This document shows, one piece after another, positions 29,619-38,287 of a stretch of 64,000 nucleotides of DNA. The stretch is taken from the IMG/VR virus record IMGVR_UViG_3300025770_000656. One strand, 5' to 3'. Numbering within the stretch: position 1 is the stretch's first letter; every line of letters begins with the position of its first letter. Source of the DNA: a virus. The position numbers were made by a program, and so were the translations under genes. The notes beneath the pieces were generated by a model. That model was not told where the DNA came from, did no database searches, and saw only the letters and a program-made list of their open reading frames with translations.

Positions 29619-30077
29619 ATGATAAACTGGTACAGTAAAGTTACGCAAGACTTGGGAGCAATTCCAGACTTTATTACACATTATGAAAATGAACTTCTAC
29701 TGGCTCGTAAAGAGGTAGGCATACACGGCTTAGTTGAACAGTCAATTAAAGAATTGCCTGCTATAACTGAGATACGCTTTGGCCAACTACAAGAGGTTGA
29801 AGCAGTACTTAATCATCTTAATATACAGTTACGTAAAATAAGAAGAAAGCACTTTGCGAAGTACTTGGAAAACTATCCTCGTGCCTTAACTAGTCGTGAT
29901 GCTGAGAAGTATGTTGATGGCGAAGATGAAGTCATTGATTTTGAAACTATTATTAATGAAGTTGCTCTGCTCCGTAATAGATGGTTAGGTATTATGAAAG
30001 GTACGGAGTCTAAAAACTTTATGTTAGGACATATAGTTAGACTACGTACTGCTGGCATGGAAGATGTACAAGTTTGA
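29619..30077 (+). CDS. uvsY: recombination mediator UvsY-like
   Basis: Helical protein with AEKYVDGEDEV...RNRWLGIMKG..SKNF; located after uvsX. Confidence 0.65.
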   Translation: MINWYSKVTQDLGAIPDFITHYENELLLARKEVGIHGLVEQSIKELPAITEIRFGQLQEVEAVLNHLNIQLRKIRRKHFAKYLENYPRALTSRDAEKYVDGEDEVIDFETIINEVALLRNRWLGIMKGTESKNFMLGHIVRLRTAGMEDVQV

Positions 30078-30397
30078 TGGACTTACACCAGAGAACTTTA
30101 GCATTAATGGAACAGTTAGACGATCTAAAAACTAAATTTGATACTGAACAAAAAACCATGCTTAAAGGCATGAGGGAAAAACAAACAACAAAAGCTGGGT
30201 GGTCTAGATACAGAGACTGTCAGAAGTTTTTTACTAATGCTAGAAAAGAACTAAACAGTGCTACTAATGATTGCTTATCAGCAGTTAATAAGCCCAGCAT
30301 AAGTAAAATTAAAACTATTGAAGCTAGAATACAAGTATTTGACAATAGCTGGCAACTTGCTAGGCAGTACGGTATGATTGGATTATTATCAGGATGA
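30074..30397 (+). CDS. hypothetical coiled-coil protein
   Basis: 107 aa, overlaps both neighbours. Confidence 0.55.
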   Translation: MMDLHQRTLALMEQLDDLKTKFDTEQKTMLKGMREKQTTKAGWSRYRDCQKFFTNARKELNSATNDCLSAVNKPSISKIKTIEARIQVFDNSWQLARQYGMIGLLSG

Positions 30398-31161
30398 TTT
30401 TTGCAAGTGAACTTGACAGTCATCAGCATAGTTTAGATACATTAAATCGCTTAAACAGTCATTATGAATTTAAAATAAGTGTTGGAAGTGTTCTGGATGT
30501 AGGTTGTGCTCTAGAGCTTATGGACTTAAGGTACTGGGCTAATTTAACAGACGAGCTTAATGTAAATGATCCTAACAAGCCTTTAAACATAAATTGTGTT
30601 GGGTTAAGCAACCTAGATATTCCAAAACCAACTGAAAAAAATATTAAATTTAAAAAGCAAGACTTTAATACCGGACATGGCTTTGGCGAATTTAAAACCC
30701 AGTTTGATGTAGTATGGTGTCATGATGTAATGCAGTATAGCTGGAGTCCAATTTGGTTTTTAAACAACATTAACCAGGTTATGTCAGATGGAGCAATGCT
30801 TTATTTGTGTGTTCCCAGTACTGTTAATGTACTATATAATCAGTTTACTAGTTATACGCCTAGTCATTGCTATAACACGTTTACAATAACACAAATACTT
30901 TATTTGTTAGCACTGAATGGCTTTGAGATCAAGGATTTCCATATAAAGAAAGAGCCTTTTGTAGACATAATTGAAGCAGTTACTTATAAAAATACTGAAC
31001 CATTGGACTATAACACTACGTGGTATGACTTACTGGAGAAAGATTTGCTATCAGATAGTATGGCAGAGATCGTACAACGTAACGGGTATCTTTCTAATCA
31101 AGGCCTTATTAGCAAATGGTTAGATGGTACTGTATATGACTATCGATACGAATCTAGATGA
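30394..31161 (+). CDS. class I SAM-dependent methyltransferase
   Basis: SVLDVGCA; FDVVWCHDVMQY...LNNINQVMSDGAMLYLCVP. Confidence 0.7.
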   Translation: MIFASELDSHQHSLDTLNRLNSHYEFKISVGSVLDVGCALELMDLRYWANLTDELNVNDPNKPLNINCVGLSNLDIPKPTEKNIKFKKQDFNTGHGFGEFKTQFDVVWCHDVMQYSWSPIWFLNNINQVMSDGAMLYLCVPSTVNVLYNQFTSYTPSHCYNTFTITQILYLLALNGFEIKDFHIKKEPFVDIIEAVTYKNTEPLDYNTTWYDLLEKDLLSDSMAEIVQRNGYLSNQGLISKWLDGTVYDYRYESR

Positions 31162-32021
31162 GAATAACACACTTTCCAAATAATTTACCAACTAACCAAA
31201 ATCTTGTATATCCACAACTAATTAACGCTATTAAATCAACAGACGAACTTGTTGAAAGTGACTGGGATGCTGATGTTGCACTGATATGGAGCGTACTCTG
31301 GTTTGGCAAAATGAGTGCTAACAAGCGAGTATGGGAAAAGTTTCGTGAAGCTGGAAAGCCAGTTGTTGTAATTGAAGTTGGCGGATTAATACGTAACGAA
31401 ACCTGGAAGTTAGGTATAAACGGAATTAATCGCGATGCTGATTTTGCATTAGATTTAGGAATAAACCGTGACAGACTATCCAAATTTAACTTGTCTAAAC
31501 AACCCTGGGTTATGGGCGATAAGCCTTATATTTTAGTATGTGGACAACACGCCCATAGTTTACAGTGGGAACACATGCCAGACATGGACACCTACTTTAG
31601 AGATACTGTAACTGATATACGCAAGTACAGTGATAAAACTATAGTACTTAGAGCGCACCCACGTTTTAGGGAAAACGTGCATTTTCCATTAAGTGATCCA
31701 GACTGGTACAAGGAACAAAACTGCGAATGGAATATTGCTAAACATGTACATAAAACCTATGATAGTTTTGACTTAGAAGATCAGCTTAAAGAAACTTGTA
31801 TGACTGTAAGTTTTAGTAGTAACGCTGGAGTAAATAGTGTTATACAAGGTATACCTACTGTGGTTAGTAAACATAGTTTAGCATGGGATATGAGTAGCAC
31901 GTATAAAGAGTTTAAGTTTCCGTCCAGAACAAAATGGTTGCATACTATGGCTAACATTGAATATTTTCCAGACGAAATTGATATACAGTGGAAACGAATT
32001 AGACAAAAGTTAGAGGGATAA
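31158..32021 (+). CDS. KpsS/KpsC-like (capsule synthesis) glycosyltransferase-type protein
   Basis: ILVCGQ...IVLRAHP...VSFSSNAGVNSVIQGIPTV...WL..MA..EY motif set shared with three paralogues. Confidence 0.55.
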   Translation: MRITHFPNNLPTNQNLVYPQLINAIKSTDELVESDWDADVALIWSVLWFGKMSANKRVWEKFREAGKPVVVIEVGGLIRNETWKLGINGINRDADFALDLGINRDRLSKFNLSKQPWVMGDKPYILVCGQHAHSLQWEHMPDMDTYFRDTVTDIRKYSDKTIVLRAHPRFRENVHFPLSDPDWYKEQNCEWNIAKHVHKTYDSFDLEDQLKETCMTVSFSSNAGVNSVIQGIPTVVSKHSLAWDMSSTYKEFKFPSRTKWLHTMANIEYFPDEIDIQWKRIRQKLEG

Positions 32022-32029
32022 GTAATTAT

Positions 32030-32935
32030 ATGCGTACAATAGCAGTGTTTAGTACCTGGCATCCAACCGGATATAAAAAGTATGGCAAAGACTTTGTTAA
32101 GGGTTTTTTGCAAAACTGGCCCACGGAAGTTAACTTAACAATATATGCTGAAGATCATGAGCCTGAAACATATAATGCAGATAATATTGAAGTATTAGAC
32201 CAAGTAGCTACATTGCCTGATTTAAAATCCTGGCAGGCACGGCACAAAGATAACGACTCAGCACATGGATGGAACAAGGATCATACTAAGAAAAGTTTTT
32301 TATGGGACGCTAGTCGATTTGCTAACAAAGTCTTTGCCTTATGGCATTTCGCTAAATATACAAAAGCAGATATAATGATCTGGTGTGATGGAGATGTAAG
32401 GACCCACACGTCCATGCCTTTCAATTTTTTACAAGATATAGCTCCAAAAGAAGATCAACTCGTAACGTTCTTGGGAAGAAAGACTTGGCCAGAGTGCGGA
32501 TGGATGATGTTTAATAGGCATCACCCTGATTTTGATAGTTTTATGGATCAGTGGCGATGGATTTACGAAAGTGACGACATCTTTAATCATGTTGAATATC
32601 ACGATAGTTTTATATTTGGCGAACTAGTACAAGACTTTGTTCAGTCAGGAACAGCGGTTAATAATCTTGGTGGCCCTGATCAAGGTGGTCACATTTTTAT
32701 TAATACTGCTCTTGGAAAGTACATGGATCATCTTAAAGGGTTCCGTAAGGAAGTAGGCAAAAGCCTGGCTGGAGATCTCACCGGACAATTCAATCATCAC
32801 GATAACCCATGGTGGCAAGACGTACGACAAGTCACAAAGGCAGAGATACGTGCAGAAAAAATGAAGAAGCCGCATGAGTATGATGTGGAACAACAACAAA
32901 AATCAGGCGGCTTACAAAAAAAATGGAAAGATTAA
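32030..32935 (+). CDS. GT-A-type glycosyltransferase-like protein
   Basis: RFANKVFALWH...IWCDGDV (DxD)...ECGWMMFN...HDSFIF...MDHLKG. Confidence 0.6.
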   Translation: MRTIAVFSTWHPTGYKKYGKDFVKGFLQNWPTEVNLTIYAEDHEPETYNADNIEVLDQVATLPDLKSWQARHKDNDSAHGWNKDHTKKSFLWDASRFANKVFALWHFAKYTKADIMIWCDGDVRTHTSMPFNFLQDIAPKEDQLVTFLGRKTWPECGWMMFNRHHPDFDSFMDQWRWIYESDDIFNHVEYHDSFIFGELVQDFVQSGTAVNNLGGPDQGGHIFINTALGKYMDHLKGFRKEVGKSLAGDLTGQFNHHDNPWWQDVRQVTKAEIRAEKMKKPHEYDVEQQQKSGGLQKKWKD

Positions 32936-32954
32936 ATCAAAGGAATCAATTGAT

Positions 32955-34805
32955 ATGAGCGCAGAACAAGATAAAGCCAATGCTCAGGCTAGAAAATCAC
33001 AAGAGGAGCAAAAGAAGTCACAAGCGGAGAGTCAAAAGCATCAAGCTGAGTTGCAAGAACAATCCGCTAACCAAAACAAAGCAGCAGCACAGTCTAAGCA
33101 AGAAGCCGCCGCCGCTCAACAAAAACAAGCAGAAGCAGATGCTGCTAAAGCACAAGCTGACCATGATGCAGCCGTTGCAGACGAACAGCAAAAAGCAGAC
33201 GAATATGCAGCGGCCCAAGCACAAGTTGCTCAGTCTGCTGCAATGGTCGAACAAGTTAGTAAACCACAATATACAGTTTCAGTAGGCGCACACGTTGCAA
33301 CTGCGGTTGCTCAACAAGTAGGAAATGACCAAGCAGGAGCAAGTTATGAAGCAGAAGCTCATGCAGGTGCTGAAGCAGGCGCAAGTGCTGGTTATGAAGT
33401 AACTGATCATAGTGTTGCGGCAGGGGCAGAAGTTCATGCTAGCGCAGAAGCAGGGGCAAGCACAAGTGGTGAAGCACATGCTGAACAAGAACTTGCTCCT
33501 GGTCTTACAGCCCACACAAGTGCTGAAGGTACTGCTGAAGCACATGCTAGTGCAGAAGCAGAAGCACACGCTGAAGGCAGTGCGGGCTGGGACGGAAGTG
33601 ATGCAACTGCGGCTGCTGACATTGGAGCAAGCGCAAGTGCAGAAGCTGGTGTAAGCGGAAGTGTTGATGCTGAAGTTGGTCTAGATACACCACTAGGTGA
33701 TGTTAGTGTAGATGCTGGTGCAGACGGTGATGCCAGTGTACACGCAGAAGCATATGCAGAAGCTGGTGCTCATGCAAGTGTAGGTGAACATGGAGTTGAC
33801 GTAGGTGGCGGTGCTATTGCCGGTGCAAACGTTGGCGCCGGTGCAGAAGGATCTGCTCACTTAGGTGGCGCAGAAGTAAGTGCAGGTACAGAAGTAAGTA
33901 TTGGTGCACAGATTGGTGCTCAAGGCTCTGCTCATGCTACATACGAAGATGACACAATCTCTTTTGGTATTGACGGACAGGCAGCATTATTAGTTGGCTT
34001 AGATGTTGATGTAAACGTTGATGTGGATATTGGCCCACTAGTTGACGGTGCTAATGCAATCTTAGATGCAGGCGGAACCATTGATGAAGCAATGGATCAT
34101 GTTACAGATGGAATTGACAAAGCACAAGACGAAGCAATTAAAGTTGCTAAAGAAGCAGAACAAACAGCAAAAGACGTTGCTATAGTTGCAGACAAAGCAT
34201 ACAAAGGTGCTCAGTCAGCAGTTGTGTCAACAGAGCAAGCAGCCAATGATGCCGCTAAAGCATGCACCCAGGCCGCAAACGAAGTTGCACACTGGGGTAA
34301 TGAAGTAGCAAACTGGACAAACCAAGCGTTTAGTGCTAAAAGCGTGGCTAATGCTGCTAGCAGTACTATTAATGCTTGTAATGGAGCGATTAACGATTGT
34401 AATAACGCTATTAATAGTGCAACAAAAGCAATCAATGATGCCGCGGCCGCGGCTCAGAAAGCTGCCGAACAGGCCGCCGCCGCGACAGCTAAAGCCGCTA
34501 AAGATGCTGCAGATTGGTCTAAGAAGGCTGCTAAAGATACTGGCAAAGCGTTTAAGAAAGCGTTTAAGTGGAGTGACAGTAGACTTAAAGCAAATATCGA
34601 GTTTGCTTATGCTCATGAAGATATGAACGTATATACATACAACTATATCTGGAGTAAAGAACTTGAAAAAGGTGTAATAGCCCAAGAATTACTTGAAACA
34701 AAATATGCTGATGCAGTAGAAATGCATGAGTCAGGATATTATCAAGTAGACTATAATAGGTTACCACCACTTGAAGAAGCTACTACCTCTATTATAGAGG
34801 CATAA
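32955..34805 (+). CDS. Ala/Gly-rich protein with C-terminal peptidase S74-type intramolecular chaperone
   Basis: ATG 32955 with AAGGA RBS. Q/A/E-rich coil, AEAHAxAEAxA repeats and helical A/K region, then W-SDSRLKANI...YTYNYIW...GVIAQEL...VEMHESGYYQVDY. Confidence 0.7.
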   Translation: MSAEQDKANAQARKSQEEQKKSQAESQKHQAELQEQSANQNKAAAQSKQEAAAAQQKQAEADAAKAQADHDAAVADEQQKADEYAAAQAQVAQSAAMVEQVSKPQYTVSVGAHVATAVAQQVGNDQAGASYEAEAHAGAEAGASAGYEVTDHSVAAGAEVHASAEAGASTSGEAHAEQELAPGLTAHTSAEGTAEAHASAEAEAHAEGSAGWDGSDATAAADIGASASAEAGVSGSVDAEVGLDTPLGDVSVDAGADGDASVHAEAYAEAGAHASVGEHGVDVGGGAIAGANVGAGAEGSAHLGGAEVSAGTEVSIGAQIGAQGSAHATYEDDTISFGIDGQAALLVGLDVDVNVDVDIGPLVDGANAILDAGGTIDEAMDHVTDGIDKAQDEAIKVAKEAEQTAKDVAIVADKAYKGAQSAVVSTEQAANDAAKACTQAANEVAHWGNEVANWTNQAFSAKSVANAASSTINACNGAINDCNNAINSATKAINDAAAAAQKAAEQAAAATAKAAKDAADWSKKAAKDTGKAFKKAFKWSDSRLKANIEFAYAHEDMNVYTYNYIWSKELEKGVIAQELLETKYADAVEMHESGYYQVDYNRLPPLEEATTSIIEA

Positions 34806-35378
34806 GTGCAAAAGGTAGACTTATATCGAGTACAGTATTTGACTGGGTGTTTTCAAAAAGTAAACACCCAGTCGATTGCTCTAAAGGTATTAAAAAAATA
34901 TTACGCTAAAAAAAATATGAGTGACAGCGTTCACAGTATTCGTCATGAAGACATTAGAATAGATTTTGATAGCGAAATACAGGATCTAGGCCAACTACAG
35001 ATAAACGCATGGAAAAATGCATATGGTGATGACATTGAATGGTGCTGGGATAGTACTATGACAGAAGACGATCCAAATACAGCAGCCTGGGCAGTAGTTC
35101 ATGGAAAAGGAGAATCAACTAACTTACATTCCCATGAAACAGAAGACAACTACTCTGGCGGAGCTCATGTAAGTAGTGCGTTTTGGGTACAATGCCCGCC
35201 AGACAGTGGAGACTTTGTCTTTCAATATAAAACTAACCCTTATAATACTGAACAGCATGAAATTACACCTAAAGTTGGCCATTTCGCTATGTTTGACAGT
35301 ACCCTTCCACATTATGTTACTAAAAACTTTACAGACCAATTACGTATTGTTATTAGTATGAATTTTAAACTGGTATAA
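34806..35378 (+). CDS. 2OG-Fe(II) oxygenase-like protein (TIGR02466-type)
   Basis: NLHSHE...SSAFWV..P..SGDFVF...PKVG...F.S.LPHYV...RIVISMN. The start is uncertain (GTG 34806 or ATG 34917). Confidence 0.7.
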   Translation: MQKVDLYRVQYLTGCFQKVNTQSIALKVLKKYYAKKNMSDSVHSIRHEDIRIDFDSEIQDLGQLQINAWKNAYGDDIEWCWDSTMTEDDPNTAAWAVVHGKGESTNLHSHETEDNYSGGAHVSSAFWVQCPPDSGDFVFQYKTNPYNTEQHEITPKVGHFAMFDSTLPHYVTKNFTDQLRIVISMNFKLV

Positions 35379-35469
35379 TATACGCATATAAATAAAGCTA
35401 TAGATAAGGTGATTCAATTAATGGTTATTGATTCACTGACCATTCTGGAAAAAATGTAAGGAAGTTTAC

Positions 35470-36240
35470 ATGGAAAATATAAGCGTACTGCAAAATCTTC
35501 ATACTGTCTTTAATCATCCTTATCCTCATATTTGTATTGAGGATGCGTTGCCTGATAGTGTGTATGATGAATTAGAGGACACTTTTCCAGAAGAATTAGT
35601 TACTAGTACACAACCACACGACAATGGGATATGTTATAGATATAAAGCAAACCCTGCGCTAGTGGATAAAGTAATCCCACAAATTTGGCAAGACTTTTTT
35701 GAGTATCACACAAGCAAAGAGTATTTCTTACAATGCATTAATGCTTTTGAACCGCATATTGAAAAAAGATATCCAGACTTATTAGAAAAGTTGTATGCTG
35801 GCACTGTAGCTATACGTGATGTTGATAAAGATGGAGACTACGTAACTGATTGTCAGTTTGTAGTACATGAGCCTGTGGATCAAACAGGAACTAGTCGAAC
35901 TCCACACGTTGATAATCCAGTGGAAATATATGCTGGACTATTATATATGCGTAAACCCGGAGATGAAAGTGCTGGTGGTAACTTTACTATCCATGAATGT
36001 ACTGGAGAAATTGTTCAAGTAAACAAAACACTGGGCAGACAGGTAGACGATAATTTACATACTCCAATTAAACAAGTACCATACAAGCGTAATACATTTT
36101 GTATGTTCTTAAATGTGCTAGAAAGTGTGCATAGTGTTACGCCACGTATTAATCCTGAGCATCGTAGACATAGTATTAACATTATTGGAGAGTTTAACGG
36201 CACTGGTAAGATGTGGAAAGTTAAAGAAATTAAAAGTTAA
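35470..36240 (+). CDS. 2OG-Fe(II) oxygenase
   Basis: PYPHICIEDALP...PHVD...LLYM...GGNF...SVHSVTPR...RRHSIN. Confidence 0.75.
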   Translation: MENISVLQNLHTVFNHPYPHICIEDALPDSVYDELEDTFPEELVTSTQPHDNGICYRYKANPALVDKVIPQIWQDFFEYHTSKEYFLQCINAFEPHIEKRYPDLLEKLYAGTVAIRDVDKDGDYVTDCQFVVHEPVDQTGTSRTPHVDNPVEIYAGLLYMRKPGDESAGGNFTIHECTGEIVQVNKTLGRQVDDNLHTPIKQVPYKRNTFCMFLNVLESVHSVTPRINPEHRRHSINIIGEFNGTGKMWKVKEIKS

Positions 36241-37463
36241 TGAAAGACAACAGATATGCTATTGGTAAAAGCAGTGGTGTTTTCATCAATGAAGATTCTG
36301 TTGTTAAGATATTTAATATTCGAAACAAAGGTATTAAAGCTGCTCGCGGAAGTTATGAGTTATGTTGGCTTAGGGAAGTAGAATGTTTAACTAGACTGGA
36401 AGGGCAAAGACACTTTCCGCAGATCCTAGAACATCACAAAGATCATCTTGGTCTTAGAATGACAACTGTTGGCGAAAGTTTATTTGACACCTGGCAGGAA
36501 CATAACTTAAAATTGTATATCGATCAAGCACATACTATTGCAGACTCGCTTGAAGCAGCAAATATACAATACTTTTACCCAGGTATGGATCCTGCAAGTA
36601 AAACAAAACAGTACACGAAGTTTCCATTAAGTAACTTCTGTATTGAAGATGGAGAAATAAGTTTAATAGATTACGAGTTAGCAAACCCAGTTGGTGGTAA
36701 ATCTGAACCACAAATGAGTGATAGACTCAGATATCTATACGATAATTATAATAAAGACCATTTTAGGCAATCACTGATTAACGCCTTGGAAAATCCGCAG
36801 GAGTGTTATCAGTCTGAATTAATGGCGAAGTTGGTTAACAAGGATAAGTTTCCTATGTTAGCATCAAAGAACCCTAGAGAGGTATGGAAGTCAATGACAG
36901 CATTTACACAACCCAGCAAAAAAATTGTTAAAGAATGGAAAAGTTATCAGAAACGGTATGGTATGGATGATGCAACTGATCGTGTTGAACGTATGAAGCT
37001 CAGTGAAGTATGCAAGCCTGGAGATAAGTTGCTCGACATCGGCTGTAATGATGGTTACATTACTATGTTAGTTGCTCCAATGGTTGCAAGTGCAACTGGA
37101 GTTGAACCACATGTAGAGTTGCCTAAAACAAAACCCAGTAATGTTAAATGGATAAAATCAACATTTAACGAGTTCTTGGAGGACACATACAAGCAATATG
37201 ATGTACTATTAAGCCTGGCAGTTAGCATTCAGTTACGTGATTTTGGCGGACTTACTGAACAAGAAATTGTAGATGGATATGCTAGTCTATTAGTACCTGG
37301 TGGCATTGTTGTACACGAAACGCAGAAACTCCATGAACGGCCAAATAATCAGAAACATACTGCTAACATGCTGGATGCATTTGCTACTAAGTTTGAGCAA
37401 ATTGATCACGGTAACGCAAGACCCAGCGGAGGTCGCGAGTACTATCATTTTAGGAAAAAGTAA
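36240..37463 (+). CDS. protein-kinase-like domain fused to SAM methyltransferase
   Basis: N-half VVKIF...WLREVECL...HFPQIL...ISLIDYELA; C-half KLLDIGCNDGY...YDVLLSLAV...LVPGGIVV. Confidence 0.65.
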   Translation: MKDNRYAIGKSSGVFINEDSVVKIFNIRNKGIKAARGSYELCWLREVECLTRLEGQRHFPQILEHHKDHLGLRMTTVGESLFDTWQEHNLKLYIDQAHTIADSLEAANIQYFYPGMDPASKTKQYTKFPLSNFCIEDGEISLIDYELANPVGGKSEPQMSDRLRYLYDNYNKDHFRQSLINALENPQECYQSELMAKLVNKDKFPMLASKNPREVWKSMTAFTQPSKKIVKEWKSYQKRYGMDDATDRVERMKLSEVCKPGDKLLDIGCNDGYITMLVAPMVASATGVEPHVELPKTKPSNVKWIKSTFNEFLEDTYKQYDVLLSLAVSIQLRDFGGLTEQEIVDGYASLLVPGGIVVHETQKLHERPNNQKHTANMLDAFATKFEQIDHGNARPSGGREYYHFRKK

Positions 37464-38276
37464 ATGGCCTTTAACAATATTATGCAGTTGGCAACTGCTC
37501 ACATTACTGAACATTTACAACCTAACCCTACTGTAGTAGAGTGGGGAAATCAAAGATTTAGGTACAGTAAAAAATGGACAGACAAGTGCAGTAAAGTTGC
37601 AGGAAAACCTATCCGTGAACCAGTGCAGTATGTTTGGGAATACTTTGAAGATCTAGGGTTTAGTGACTATTTGTCAATTGACATTAATACTGAGTTACGT
37701 AGTATTGCAATGGACCTAAATTTTATACTTAAAGACAAGTATAAGTACACGCAACAATTCGATTTAGTAACTAATAACGGCACTGGAGAACATATCTTTG
37801 ATCAAAGAACTGTATTTGAAAACATGCACAATTTATGCAAGGTTGGTGGGGTTATGCTATGTGTATTGCCACTTGCTCCCTGGTTTAATCATGGCTTTTA
37901 TAATTATCATCCTCAGTTATTCCGTGACATAGCCGCGGCAAACGGGTATAAATGGGTTAACTTCTGGTTAGCACAAAACACCGGCAAGTATATAGAAGCA
38001 CCAGTAGACATGGAAAGCTGGGGGTTTTATGAACAAAAGAAGCCACGCACACCGCTCAGTGAATTAGAAAAAGCCTATGACGATTTACATGAACGTGATG
38101 CTGGCAAGCCACATAATATCAGTATAGTGTCAGCCTATATGAAAACAAAAGACGAACCATTTAATATCCCAATGCAAGGACGTTATGTTAATGATGTAGT
38201 AGCTGAACTAAAGACAGAATACAGTGACAACAACGTTGATGTAAGACAAAAGGATCACACCAGCGCAACTTACTAG
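37464..38276 (+). CDS. SAM-methyltransferase-like protein
   Basis: YLSIDIN...MDLN...FDLVTNNGTGEHIFDQ...CKVGGVMLCVLP...HGFYNY. Confidence 0.6.
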   Translation: MAFNNIMQLATAHITEHLQPNPTVVEWGNQRFRYSKKWTDKCSKVAGKPIREPVQYVWEYFEDLGFSDYLSIDINTELRSIAMDLNFILKDKYKYTQQFDLVTNNGTGEHIFDQRTVFENMHNLCKVGGVMLCVLPLAPWFNHGFYNYHPQLFRDIAAANGYKWVNFWLAQNTGKYIEAPVDMESWGFYEQKKPRTPLSELEKAYDDLHERDAGKPHNISIVSAYMKTKDEPFNIPMQGRYVNDVVAELKTEYSDNNVDVRQKDHTSATY

Positions 38277-38287
38277 TAAATAGATAC

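Noticed and set aside
32980-34770. Antisense and alternate-frame ORFs over the Ala-rich gene (e.g. 34227-34685, 33279-33569) and similar shadows over sheath, fibre and ATPase genes
   Set aside because: They overlap well-supported genes, lack RBSs and motifs, and reflect low-complexity codon bias.
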